Source: Antedon mediterranea (taxonomy: Eukaryota > Animalia > Echinodermata). From it: DNA of 64,000 bases. Location: NCBI RefSeq assembly GCF_964355755.1, contig NC_092672.1:25116437-25180436 (forward strand). Reading direction: 5' to 3'. Below are positions 15,501 through 27,001 of the stretch, one piece after another; the first letter of the stretch is position 1; each line of letters begins with the position of its first letter. The notes beneath the pieces are model-generated. The model was not told the origin of the DNA, ran no database searches, and saw only the letters and a program-made list of their open reading frames with translations. A program made the position numbers and the translations under genes.

Positions 15501-18500
15501 GACTAAAATATGTATTGAAAAGAGGATGTGTTTCATTTTGAAGGATCTAATAGTAATTATTCTGTATATAATTCTTTATGTTAAAACCATTCATGAATAC
15601 GTACATGTGTGACGTTTCAACTTGTTTTTAACAAGTCAGGCAATGACTATTTGTAATTTGTAATAGTCTGTGATTTTCCGAAGTTCTTTGCCTTTTTAGG
15701 GGGCGCTAATCTACAACTAGCAAAGCTACAGTACTCCTAGCAACTACTAACATCTAGTCAGTTGCCAGATGAAGACTTATTAAAAACAAGTTGAAACGTT
15801 GCACATGTACGTATTATTTTTAAACAATCTACTGACTTAAAGAAGGGCTAGACAGATGGAATTAGTAAATTAACCAGCCATGTGTGGGCAACCATTTCAT
15901 TCCATGTTTTAATACCCTAATGAATAACTGTGCCAAGTGTCAGAATTTTCACTTCAGGTCTACTAAAGTAGGCCTACTATGCATGACAGAGAGAATATCA
16001 ACAGCATTTTCCTTTACCTTTTTGAAACGACATGCTGGTTTCTTTTTAACTTGTGGTGGAATGCATCTAGGCCTAGATTTAGTAATAATCTGAAAAAAAT
16101 AGCGAAATGCTAAATTTTTACAAACAAATTTTTATGAACATATAACCACTTGTGACCTTGCCTAGCTAGGAATTTAAATGGTTATTTGGCCCTATACTAC
16201 TATTATAGCCTAGACAGGCCTGCCTATAGTACTAAGTACTAGGACCAGGCTAGGCTTTTGCAGAAAAGTGTAGTCGGTCTGATTTGATTTGAATTGATTA
16301 GAAAATCATCATAAAAAATACATACAAAAGAAAGTGATAACATAAATTACTGACATTACAAATAATACAATTATAAAAGATTTTGCAGGATAGCCCAAAA
16401 AGCTTAGGCCTAAATAAACATTCATCCCTTATAGTACCAAACAAATATTGACCAGAACCAGCAATCAGCAACGCTCCATACCGAACACCCGATTTTATCG
16501 GAACCAAAATAAAACGTTATCGATTTTACCATTATATCAAACATAAAACTACCGCATTGGGCCCTGCGCTAATACGATCGGGCCCAGCAAATGAGACGAT
16601 AGAGACCAAACTGGTTCCTAACACATGAGACGATCGGGCCAACGCATGAGACGATCGAGACCACGTTTTCTGGGCCCAAGACGATCGGGCAGCAAATAAA
16701 AAAAATTTACTGTGATAACCGGCCTAGACTTAGGTTAGGCCTAATATAGTAATAATACGATTTTGATCCAAGTCGGCCCTAAACCGTCTCAGCTAAAGTC
16801 AAGTTGGCCCCAAGTCAAGTCGGCCCCAAGTCAAGTCGGCCTCAAGTCAACTCGGCCTCAAGTCAACTCGGCCAAAAAATAATCGGTCAACTCGGCCCCG
16901 TTAAAGTATGGAACGCAAAAAGTGCAAATGAAGGGGATTGATAAAATAATATTTCTTCACAATTTTTTAACTATGAATAATTCTGACTTTTAATGAATAT
17001 TAATATTTAGACAATAATATATTTAGCAAAAAAAATAGGAATGATTTCACCAACTTTCCTTTATTTACGTTTAATAAAATTTCAAATTGCACAATTGAAA
17101 ACAATTCGTAGCTGCGCCTCCCTGCGCGTTTGGCAGCTTTTTCGATATCTACAACTGCTATGTGTTTTCGCTGACCGGGGGATTCCCCTTTTTTAAAAAC
17201 GCAAAGCATGGACAAAAACGATGTACGATCATTTTTTCTATGGCCAAATGTGATGGAACGTAGGCCTCCTTCTTCGATTTACTAAATGCAATAGGCCTAC
17301 CTGCACGTGTTTTTGTAACACGCGGGTACTTCTATTCATTCATTCATTCATTCATTTTTTTATATGATATTAATTTATTATTTAATTATATCAATTATTA
17401 TATTTTTTATTTCTTCATTTTTTAGAGTGGATAGGCCTAGGCCTAGTAATAATCATAATAACATTAAGTACTTTTTGCGTTCCATACTTTATTGTGGCCG
17501 AGTTGACCGATTAGTTTTTGGCCGAGGTTGACGTGAGGCCGAGTTGACTTGGGGCCGACTTGACGTGGGGCCGACTTGACGTGGGGCCGACTTGACTTTG
17601 GCCGAGACGGTTTGGGCCGACTTGACCCGCACCCAATAATACCCTACCCAGGCCTACCTACCTAGCCTAGCTGGGCCTAGAGGCTAGGCCTACTCTAGGG
17701 CCAGGCTATAGATGGGATCCAGTCAAGTCGCCCCATAGCAAAGTCGCCCCATACAAAGTCGCCCCATCGCAAAGTCGCCCCATCGCAAAGTCGCCCCGGC
17801 ACAGTCGCCCCATCGCAAAGTCGCCCCATCGCAAAGTCGCCCCATCGCAAAGTCGCCCAATCGCAAAGTCGCCCCATCGCAAAGTCGCCCACGGTTTTAA
17901 TCATATTGGTTGCGTTTGATATCGATTGCGTTGTTACTTTGGTCGCGCTAAATGTCGTATACAGTATAATGTTTATCCTATATACATAATTTGTGTTTTA
18001 ATTTTTATTTTACAGGTTTTAATGGAGTGATGTGCTTTTAAAAAATCATTAAAAAAATAGTCCCTTGTTTGAAAGTTCTAAAAAGATTATCCCTGATTTA
18101 TAGTTTCGAAAATGTTAATTTAATATGATTTTAAAATTAGTTACCACTGCCAGAGCCACAATTACGAATCTTTCTTCAACCTACGCGTGGATACCAGCTA
18201 ATTTTTTAGGATAATATAATAAATGTATAAATGTGTAGTAGCCTAGGCCTTCCTATAGATTTACAGTAGTTAAAACAATAACAGTGTTGTAAGACAATGA
18301 GTGTTATAGGCTACTTATTGATCATTTTGCATTCATCGACAAGTTATGTGTCTTAATTAATAATATTTGTAATGACTTTTCAAAATAAAGAAATAAAAAA
18401 AAAAGGATTTCATCGCCGATATGATTGTTTTACACGCAGGTATTTTAGTAAAATTAAAACGCTACATTTTGACCATGGAAAAACCATCGTACAGTATCGT

Positions 18501-19856
18501 GTGCGTGTTTTTTGAAAAGGGGAATCCCCGACGGTCAGCAGAAAGACGGCGCTGCTCCGATTGGTTTCAGAGAATGTTTCAGATGGCGAGTCGCCTTTTA
18601 TTCAACAGCACAATGATCATTTTACTGAAGAAATTCTTTTCAACCCTTTTGGTTAGGCCTAGAACATTCTAATTATCATGCCTAATAAATATCCTCATAT
18701 CGGGTATTTATTTAATTTTAAATTAAACAAGACCGTGAAGAGGCACGGAATAATACGTACACGGACGTACGACGAATACACACACGCACGTCATCATTTA
18801 CGACATATAGTGGTGATATGATGCAATTTTATAATGGATATAATGATGGGATTGTCTTTCCAGGCTTACAATCAATGTTCATTACGTAATACTATGTATA
18901 GTAAACTGAATGTTTATAAATAAATTGTTTTACGTGATTTGTTGCATATAAAATAAAAGACACAGACGTAGCCTACGTTTCCTAAAAAATATTTCACATT
19001 TAAATAATTATGTACTGTTAAATGACATTATGCTGGATAATATTATAATCTTAAACTATGTTTACCTAATAATAATAATACATATTCATCCACCAAAGTA
19101 AAAATAATCTAGATCGTATAACATCATTTTATCGCGACCAAATTTAAACGCGACCGATTTTGAACGCGACTGATATCATGGTAAAACTCCGGCGGGGTTT
19201 CCCCATCTTCAGTGGTGCGTTTGTAGTGCGACAACGGCGGAGTAATTACGGGGGTTTCCCTCTGGTAAGCTAGCACGTTAGTGCGACCGCGGAGTGATTA
19301 GTCAGGGGCTTCCTCTCTGATGATGGTGGTGCGTGCCGATCGTGTGACCTGAGACTACATGGCGGGGCTTCCCCTTTTTATGCCTACACGTTCCGTGTTA
19401 TTTTGTGTATCATTGAGACATTTTACGCACTTGTAAACTATTTTTTAACGTTTTGGGGCGAATTTGCGATAGGGCGACTTTGTGATGGGGCGACTTTGCG
19501 ATGGGGCGACTTTGCGTTGGGGCGACTTTGCGATGGGGCGACTTTGCGATGGGGCGACTGTGTCGGGGCGACTTTGTTTTGGGGCGACATTGCGATGGGG
19601 CGACTGTGTAAGGGGCGACTTTGTATGGGGCGACTTTGCGATGGGGCGACTTGACTAGCATCCCTCTAGATAGGCCTAGACTCTAGTATATAGGGGCCTA
19701 GCCTAGGCCTAGAGGCTAGCCTAGATTTATTGCACCTGACCTGCATTATCCTACATAATTGCCTGTACCTAGCCTAGCTAGGCGCCGCCTAGTAATTGCA
19801 TTAATTTAGTAACTTACTTTTTTGCCTACTGGAATGTAATTATTGCTTTTTTCCAT
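558..19856 (-). CDS. MYO19: Host unconventional myosin XIX, spliced, 3' part continues beyond the left edge. Exons approx: 19818-19856, 16018-16089, 13718-13823, 12809-12948, 12232-12345, 11822-11880, ~11606-11679, ~10725-10794, ~10459-10560, ~9622-9819, ~7521-7628, ~6549-6735, ~5909-6099, ~5442-5551, ~4578-4753, ~3565-3657, ~1953-2131, ~558-746
   Basis: GT-AG exons, phase-checked for the first seven, encode myosin motor motifs: [10 protein letters not shown]-loop [105 protein letters not shown]. The short N-terminus [33 protein letters not shown] and [12 protein letters not shown] fit class XIX. Confidence 0.88.
787..1337. repeat. Intronic minisatellite, 77-bp unit, ~7 copies
   Basis: aaacaacacactggcaagtatgttagtaggtgttcaacatgtacagtatgcacagggatatatatagtatatattat repeated; explains the staggered 63-aa ORFs. 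Confidence 0.95.
1425..1500 (-). mobile_element. Degenerate tRNA-derived SINE head (fragment)
   Basis: Minus strand reads cccagtggtctaatggttaggacatcaagcagaaggttccgggtttgtatcttgg, with A-box-like (TGGTCTAATGG) and degenerate B-box-like Pol III motifs. Confidence 0.4.
2870..3537. repeat. Intronic minisatellite, 22-bp unit built from two 11-bp halves, ~30 copies
   Basis: ttactacattgttagtatggtg repeated. Confidence 0.95.
7094..7485. repeat. Intronic minisatellite, 49-bp unit, ~8 copies
   Basis: aaggtcgcaactactttaagctaaactataaatactgtatgcaatctta repeated. Confidence 0.95.
7830..9543. repeat. Intronic minisatellite, 77-bp unit, ~22 near-identical copies
   Basis: agttcactgatgtttactgtccacatgtgctggattagttcaaccaaggcatctaaacacattgctttggttcagtt repeated. 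Confidence 0.97.
12878..13412. repeat. Tandem array (~90-94-bp unit, ~5.5 copies) made from the splice acceptor plus 5' half of MYO19 exon 4
   Basis: aagtaacaagtgtgttgccagtctgagtgtggtatctaccagctaagtaccgctcatgtaaacagttcagcactatgaacagaaaacatt repeated; the first copy overlaps the real exon. Confidence 0.9.
13947..15266. repeat. Intronic minisatellite, ~79-bp unit, ~16 copies
   Basis: catgctggaacccaaacctcttacctggccattagatttagtgactataatcttgccatcactaaaacatgaattaaca repeated. Confidence 0.95.
16758..17634. mobile_element. Non-autonomous foldback/MITE-like DNA transposon A
   Basis: Long imperfect TIRs (caagtcggccc..aaaccgtctc..15-bp aagtcaagtcggccc repeats..aaagtatggaacgcaaaaagt, mirrored at 17465-17634), flanked by a 7-bp direct repeat AATAATA (16751-16757 and 17635-17641). 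Confidence 0.8.
17714..19664. mobile_element. Non-autonomous foldback/MITE-like DNA transposon B
   Basis: TIRs gggatccagtcaagtcgcccc / ggggcgacttgactagcatccc with arrays of 16-bp aaagtcgccccatcgc subterminal repeats at both ends; near-TSD TATAGAT/TCTAGAT. Confidence 0.85.
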
Positions 19857-20136
19857 CAAAATAGTTGTCATTTTGATAGGCGCGCCTCCTCTCACTTCCC
19901 CAAAACCAACAGTTCCTTTTTTTTTTTCAAAAACACCGCCGCGCGCCACCTATAATACAAGTATCTAATAAAAAAATTAAAAAAACCGCTGTGTACCGCC
20001 CTCTCTGTTATGACTCGGCGGTGACCTTAAAATGTTTTGCTATGATTTTTGCGATCAATCAATCACACGCCACAAGCCAAGCTTTAGCTAGGCTACAGAA
20101 CAGTAAGCATACAGTTACGTAGGCCTAGAAAATAAA
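19857..20136. promoter_or_regulatory. Probable bidirectional promoter between MYO19 and OGFOD2
   Basis: Only 280 bp separate the two divergent start codons; local CpG/GC-rich patches (ggcgcgcc, cgccgcgcgcc, accgccctct). Confidence 0.6.
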
Positions 20137-21709
20137 ATGAGTCTTGATGATAGAAAGAGCTTCTATGTTTGTAGCTGTTACTACACCCATAACATATTTT
20201 TACCTAAGTTTAAACTGCATGTGACGTATATAGATGATAAAATATTTGCTGATATTTGGAAACCGGTAATAAAACCTGTTGCTGCCAAATCTTTGTACTA
20301 CTAGGCCAGGCCTAGTCTAGGCTGCCTAGACAGCAGAACCTGGTCTGGTCCTAGTTAAGTAAAGTAGAACTAGTAGGCCTGTCTAAACTAATCCTACCCT
20401 AGACCTAGGCCTTTATTTTGGAAATTAGATTCTTGCCGCTGTAGCCATACTGAAAACTTTACCTACCTATATGAATTTATGATATAGGCCTAGGCCTCTT
20501 ATAGTTAGGGTATGCAGTATTTTTATAATTTACATGCACAGGTCAAAATTAACAAATTATGCATTATGATGGTACGGTAGTACTGTAGTTTCCATCATAA
20601 GTGCTCCGTTTAAGCACTGAGTGAGTACATATATGGTATGTAATTTAAATGTGAATGGGAAATAGAGAGAAACAAGCTTCAAATTGGAGCTACTGTATAG
20701 TACATATAATATTAATAATAAAATGTGAATTGTTTGTGTATTATTTTGTAGATTCTTAAAAACAAAGGGTGTGACAATGAAGAAGGATTCACAGACGTTC
20801 TGAGAGTCGTAAGTAATTGATGTTTTAATTTATGTAATTATGTTAAGTTATCTGGCTGATAATGGTACAAGTAGCAAAATACAGTTCATGTGTGTGTTGT
20901 AGCAGAATACGGTACATGTGTAGCAGAATACGGTACATGTGTAGCAGAATACGGTACATGTGTAGCAGAATACGGTACCTGTGTAGCAGAATACGGTACC
21001 TGTGTAGCAGAATACGGTACCTGTGTATCAGAATATGGTACCTGTGTAGCAGAATACAGTACCTGTCTAGCAGACAATTTTCCTTTTTTGTCAATAAACT
21101 CTTCTAGGAATAAAACAGAATTTGGCTCATGCAGACAATTTTCCTCATAGTGGGACATTCAAATGCAAAACTATATTTTCTTTATTTTATTTCATACCAT
21201 TAAACACATGTTATCTCACTAACAATTCATTTCAGGTTAAAACAGAAGTAGAACGTAGAAAATCACTTGGCCGAGATTATTTAAAGAGAAAAGAGACAAT
21301 TTTAAAATATTACACACCACTCAATCAAGAGATATACAAACTACAGGTATGGAATTAAGTAGTTAAAAAAATGAAATAAATATTTTACCTGTTAACTACA
21401 CCTTGCTGATGGAATACAACTATGAATGCATGTCTGATTTTGTAAAGACCAACTATTACAACAAATGTTTAGCTTGACTACTACAACTGACAAGGACAAC
21501 TTCCCCTTTAGTTATATGTTTAGTTAAATATCTTGACTAAAAATATTTGAAATAGTTGGAAAGTTTTACTTCTTTATGGTATTATATTTTCTCGTTGAGA
21601 TTGTTATAGATTTCATTTCTGAGCCTAAAATTTCTGAAGTTGGTTGAACATAGCAAGCAGAAAAATGCATCAATGCAAAGTTTGATAAAACTCATGAGTA
21701 CTGAAAAAG
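20137..21709 (+). CDS. OGFOD2: Host OGFOD2 (2-oxoglutarate/Fe-dependent oxygenase domain protein 2), exons 1-4 only: 20137-20265, 20752-20808, 21236-21346, 21610-21709
   Basis: Spliced product MSLDDRKSFYVCSCYYTHNIFLPKFKLHVTY..KP/ILKNKGC../VKTEVERRKSLG..YTPLNQEIYKLQ/ISFLSLKFLKLVEHS.. aligns by eye with the human OGFOD2 N-terminus (CxCxxTxN..LHV, ILRSRGC, EVERRQRLG); canonical GT-AG with matching phases. No downstream catalytic exons were found in the window. Confidence 0.85.
20895..21073. repeat. Intronic minisatellite, 21-bp unit, ~8 copies
   Basis: tgtagcagaatacggtac(a/c)tg repeated. Confidence 0.95.
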
Positions 21710-22084
21710 GTTTGTTGATAGTTGACCTATTGTAATCAAATTCTATAAAAAATTAGTAAAGGATTCTAACTTAAATAACTGTACATTGTGAAGCTCATTC
21801 TGCCGTGGAACAGTAATCGAAAAAGATAAAAATCAAAGCTATACACTAGTAGAGCAAGCTTTCCTATATGATTAAAACTATTTGACGAAAAGGCATATTT
21901 CAAACACATTAAAGGAAAAGTTAAGCACACAAAAAATGGCAAAATTACATGTTTTTGCATTGTTATTTTGTGAACAATGGAATAGCCCGTCGCCTGTGTG
22001 AGATATCTTTTGTGTCCACCTGACATTTTTTTTTTGTAATGTTTTTGTTTGTTTTTTTTTTTAAAAGACAAATACACTTAAATA

Positions 22085-22834
22085 CTATCGTCGAGTCATG
22101 TTTCTGTGCGTTCTTCCTCCTCCTCCTCCTCCTCCTCCTCCTCCTCTTCCGGTAGAACGTCTCTCGTCCGACACGTTAAGAAGACTCGAGTATTCGTAAT
22201 CGTTTTCATCATCCATCGCTGTAGAATTTTTTGAATGCACGGTACTGGTGGAGCGCCAATGATGATAAACGCCGTATATCATATGGCATACAGACGCTAC
22301 GACGGTGAGTATGAGTAGAACGCGGTCGGTGGTTGGCGTGAATGAAGAGCTGCAGAAAGGTTCGTTCATGTATTGCGTTGTCAAGTAACAGTACGGTATA
22401 CTGTACGCCAAAAGGCCAAGCAATACGGCAGCGATAACTGGTACGGTGTGCAGCACCATGCGTTCCCATACGGCCGGTTGTTTGTATCTGATCAAATGTT
22501 TCTCCAACGTGAAACGAGTCATGAGATAAAGAAAGTTTACGATGATCGTAAACACATCTGCTCCAACGGCGTACAAAAGTGGACGACTGACAAACACAAA
22601 ATCAATCTGACCTGGATGTCGTTCAACTCGTTCACTTTCGTTCACAAGAAATATGGCAGAAATCAACACGCCCAACATGTAAAACAGTTTCTGAAGATGC
22701 AACACAAAATGATCGTGCCATGCTCGTATACCTTTCAGAGAGTATACCTCATGCATGGCATCGGTCAAAACGCTTGGAATCTCGGCCAATGTATTTCCAA
22801 ACGAACGAAGGCTAATTTCGTCTCCGTACCCCAT
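22085..22834 (-). CDS. Viral multi-pass (~4 TM) membrane protein
   Basis: 249-aa ATG ORF with four hydrophobic segments and a hydrophilic C-tail. Confidence 0.7.
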   Translation of the reverse strand: MGYGDEISLRSFGNTLAEIPSVLTDAMHEVYSLKGIRAWHDHFVLHLQKLFYMLGVLISAIFLVNESERVERHPGQIDFVFVSRPLLYAVGADVFTIIVNFLYLMTRFTLEKHLIRYKQPAVWERMVLHTVPVIAAVLLGLLAYSIPYCYLTTQYMNEPFCSSSFTPTTDRVLLILTVVASVCHMIYGVYHHWRSTSTVHSKNSTAMDDENDYEYSSLLNVSDERRSTGRGGGGGGGGGGRTHRNMTRR

Positions 22835-22997
22835 CGTTTGATCTATTTCTTCTCTATAATTAACATGGAATAAAAAAACAAAAACAAAACACTAATGGTT
22901 TTCAACAAACACACGCACGCACACACAAATTCTATTTATTTTATTTTATTTTTTTTTATTATAAATGTACAACGCATGAAAAATAAAAGCATAAAGC

Positions 22998-23789
22998 ATG
23001 TTAAGTAATCGGCGTGTAAGGATAAGCAGAGGCGCTGGTCGCTCGTATACTGTTGACGGTAAGAAACTGATTTCGGTAACAAAACAGATTTGCAACAGAC
23101 TGTACGTTGACAAACGATGGAAAATAAAGCGAGCGCGTCACATTGGGTCAGCTTCGCTTTCCAGTGAGAATGCCATGGAAGTCGGTCGTCAGATGGACGC
23201 TCAAGTTTGTTGCATGGCCAACGAGGAAGTGAATAAAGAGTTGCAAAAGTTAGACTTGGAGTTTATGAAGGCGCAGTGTGCTGTCACCAACGCCACCGTA
23301 GATAACGATGGTGATGCGTCTGTGGCAATCATAGATCTTGTGATGCAGAATCGTACGAGTGGAGATGCGGTGGTGGTTGAGTTTAAAAACACGTCCATGA
23401 CCGTTTCCCAGCTGATAAAAGAACGTGATCTTGCTCCTCGAAAACGTAGTGTCGGCTTCAAACCATGTCTTTTGGATAGAGCAAAGATTCAGGCACAATT
23501 GGGCGCTTTGTTTATGGCCAACACGTACGCTTTATCCACACGTCCATCGGCAGTCGTCTTGATTCGATGCAAAGGCGGTCAGATGCACAGTGAATGCTAC
23601 GAGGATTTCGACGAGAAAGAATTTCAATGGATCGCAGGATACAAAAGGTATAATTTCCTAAGGTCTATATCGCTTTCTAAGACCCGTTTTGATGAGTTGA
23701 TCGTCCGTTCCACGACCTGTGGGCAGACAGGTTGTGGGATCGACGAGCACCATGCCTTCATCAAATCTAGCCGTGGAAACGTCCAATAG
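22998..23789 (+). CDS. Viral PD-(D/E)xK nuclease (RecB/Cas4/UL24-like fold)
   Basis: IIDLVM..AVVVEFKNT core followed by a QAQLG motif; TATA-like tattataaa upstream. Confidence 0.7.
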   Translation: MLSNRRVRISRGAGRSYTVDGKKLISVTKQICNRLYVDKRWKIKRARHIGSASLSSENAMEVGRQMDAQVCCMANEEVNKELQKLDLEFMKAQCAVTNATVDNDGDASVAIIDLVMQNRTSGDAVVVEFKNTSMTVSQLIKERDLAPRKRSVGFKPCLLDRAKIQAQLGALFMANTYALSTRPSAVVLIRCKGGQMHSECYEDFDEKEFQWIAGYKRYNFLRSISLSKTRFDELIVRSTTCGQTGCGIDEHHAFIKSSRGNVQ

Positions 23790-25006
23790 GTTACGAAACG
23801 AAGACGAACTGTGTTCGTGTTCTCCGTAAAATCCCTTGTTGACAGACTTGAAGGCGCACGGCTCAAATTGTGAACTGTCGTAATACTGTCGACCTTGCAT
23901 TGCAACGTTACTGTCTTCCTGTAAACCGTGATGACTGATGGGTTTCATGAACACGTCCACGTCGGCCTTGTACTGTGTCGGTGGATTTCTGGTGGATAGA
24001 AACGTGGTGTGAACACCTGTCGTTCTGCTGGTGTCGTTCATCCACAACGGATGATGAAGACCGAGTGTTATGTGCGCCTCTGACGCTCCGACCGTGGCGT
24101 ATGGATTGGTGGTGAACTTGTTTGTGATTTCGTCGAGTAGATCCAGAGACTGGTTGGAATTACCGTCGCCGACAGACGCTCGACCGTTCAACTGCATTAT
24201 GTCAGTAGACTCTGGATTGAACGAGGACGGAATGGGAACGGCTACAAAATCTCCGTGTCCTTGTCTTGTGTGTGTCTGTTTAAAATTCATTATCGAACTT
24301 CCCATGCCGCGCATGTAGCCTATTCCCGCTAGATTGTTTTGAACGCGTGTATTGTCGATTGGACTAGTGTCCACGTACGTCATTTCGATGCGTGACGTCG
24401 TCTTGTAGGAACAGGCGTTCGTTTCGATCGTGCCGATTTTTCCGTTACCCAAAAACATGTATCGATAATTAGGTCCCGAACGGCACATGATGGCGCTGCA
24501 CGTTTTCTGTATGGGCATTCGAAAGAGTAAAAAGGTTGTGTTCGGAAACACATTTGCCTCTGTCAACATCTTGGTGGTGGTGGGATTCTGCAACATTGAC
24601 AGAAACAGCAACGTGCTTGCTTTTACGCCGTTTGTCAGCGGCATTGAAACCACCGTTTCAACTCGATGCGAATAGTTTCTGTTCACAAACAACTCGCGTG
24701 CCGTTCTCGGGCAATCGGTCGAAAAATACGGAAAATGTGTCGTGACATCTTTCGCTTCATTCACACAGTTTGGAGTGGTGGTGGTGAAAAAAGTGCTCGT
24801 TCCATCATTGCCAATCAGTCTACAGTTGACGTTGGTGTGATCGGATAAAAAGTGACAAAACGTCACGTTCTCTTCGTGCACTTTCGGTTTCCAATTCGTT
24901 TCGGTGACGGCGTAGATTCGTGGCGACAATAATCTGAGTACCACACGATCAAAGAGAATCTCTTTTACGCGACTTAAATGAATCCTATCGTCATCGTCAT
25001 CACCAT

Positions 25007-25047
<41 letters not shown>

Positions 25048-26933
25048 TTTCTTCGGCATGAAACTTGCGCGGCTTTGGAGAAAAACCAAGAATGCGTGTA
25101 GTTTGGACATTTCTTTGTCAACGACATAATCATCTCGTGCAGTCGGTCAGTGATGGAAAGCGCACTTTCGATGGCAATGCACGTCTCCAATATGCGTTTA
25201 TCTTCTTTGGCTTGAGTTTGGAAAATGTCATGAATGCGCGTGAGATATCGATGTCTAACGAAATGCGTCAATCCATCGTTTTTTTCAACGTCGTGTTTTA
25301 GCGTTTCATCGATTGTTAGCGGATCTTCGTCCATTTTCCTCAATGATAAGCACGTTTGCGCGTCCCATTTCAACGCCAAACAGTTGCGCAGATACTGAAA
25401 GCCACATTCGTAGAGTTTATCAAATTTATCTTCGGACGAGAAAAACTTTGCCATCAACGTCATGCCGGCTGTCACGTCACCACCTTCAACCGGTGATTCG
25501 GGAAGCTCACTGTGTCCGTACGTGATGGCCGGCATAAACTTTTTCTCGATCGGATTGTAGAAAACCTTCCGACTGGGTCGAAGCAGACACGATCGATTAC
25601 TCAGATTCTGTTCCTGCAGACAGTCTCGATCAAACATTGCCGCCGTCATCTGGTTTCGGACGCGACACAGTGCGGGCGTATCGGTGAACATGCGTTGGTA
25701 TCGAGATGTTTGATAGGTTTCGGGTGAATAGTATCCACTTCGTTCCATTACCTCACACAGTCGAATGGTACCGTCTATGCCCTTGTCTAGATCGGTGACT
25801 CGAATCTCGTTCCACGGAACGTTCGTGATGCGTTCAAAGTCCGGGGGTCTTGATCGACCGCGGCTTAACGGGATCAGTCCCGAGAGGACGTAACTCTTGA
25901 AACTTGCCGTCGTTTCGGAGAGGTTACTTCGACAGCCGTCGTCGTCGATGGAAGCATTTGGCATTGACATGACATATCGTTCGGAACCGTTGACGAGCAT
26001 CGTTTTGTTCGGAGCTGGTGCCTGACATTCGGCACCCGTCAACACTTTGATGTCCGATTCGTCGAGTTCTTTTTGATCTTTCGTGCAACGATAGAAGACT
26101 TGTCGTGTAGGGCGATGAGTGGCATTTTTCAAAGGCAATTCACTCATCAGCGCCGGATGTACGATGATGGTGTCGGGTGGTGTGCACATGGTAGACGTGT
26201 TTCCGAATCTCAACGACTTGTCCAGATCGATGAAGGTGGCCAGTGGACCGGTTCGTCGAAGATTGAAAGACATGAATTCGTCCTTGTCCTGTCGAAAACG
26301 CTTGTAAAACATGTCCGATTTGCTCATTCGATCGTTCTGAACGTTACACATTTCCGCAAACGTTATGGTTGGCGCCATCATCATGCTACTGAACATGTCA
26401 TGTTTTTGTGTTACATCCATTGAAGCGCTCAGTTGTCGTTCTTTTAGCATAAACAGCTTGTGTAGGGCCTCGTCGGTGCTGCGCTGTATCGCTTCGGCCG
26501 AAATGACTATTGCACCTCCTCTCATGTTGCCGCTGTACTGTCTACAGCTGGTTCTGGTACGCAGCGCCGACACGTCCGATGCTGCGGTGCATCGATCCAA
26601 CACCACGGCCTCTGCCACTTTTGTCGTTATACTGAACGTGGACAATCCCCTGTATATGACTCGCGGACATAGCCATAGCGAATGATCGTTTGGATCTTCG
26701 GTGCACATGGAATTCATCAAAATTCTCGTTTTCAATCGTAAATCCTTCATCAAACATACATCTCGGTCAGTCACGGCCGCTCCTCTGTCCGAGTATCCAA
26801 CATAGTCAGGATGACCGCTGATGGCTCGCATCTCATCGATCGGGTACAGATTGTCATTGTTGACCACATCTCTGAGATCTACGCAAGCACGACCGAGAAA
26901 CGGTGCGATCGTGTACTTTGTGTCCATCATCAT
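23658..26933 (-). CDS. Candidate HK97-fold major capsid protein (~1090 aa)
   Basis: Size; position in a cluster with triplex- and protease-like genes; N-terminal R.G.AI...E...(helix)..QLSAS...T segment, PPDTIIVHP, and C-terminal QGRQ..VNKGFYG motif, as recalled for herpes/mirusvirus-type MCP floor domains. Confidence 0.65.
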
Positions 26934-27001
26934 CGTCGTCGTCGTCGTCGTAAAAACACACACACACACACACACAGATGACACAAAGATGTTAATGGTA
27001 T

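Noticed and set aside
21700-22100. Telomeric-repeat or piggyBac (Teratorn-type) integration signature
   Set aside because: No TTAGGG arrays and no TTAA|CCC terminus are visible at this junction.
22085-22834. Viral GPCR
   Set aside because: Only about four hydrophobic helices and no DRY or NPxxY motifs.
22998-23789. Cas4 / CRISPR-associated gene
   Set aside because: Only the generic PD-(D/E)xK core is present, without the four-Cys Fe-S cluster pattern or any CRISPR context.
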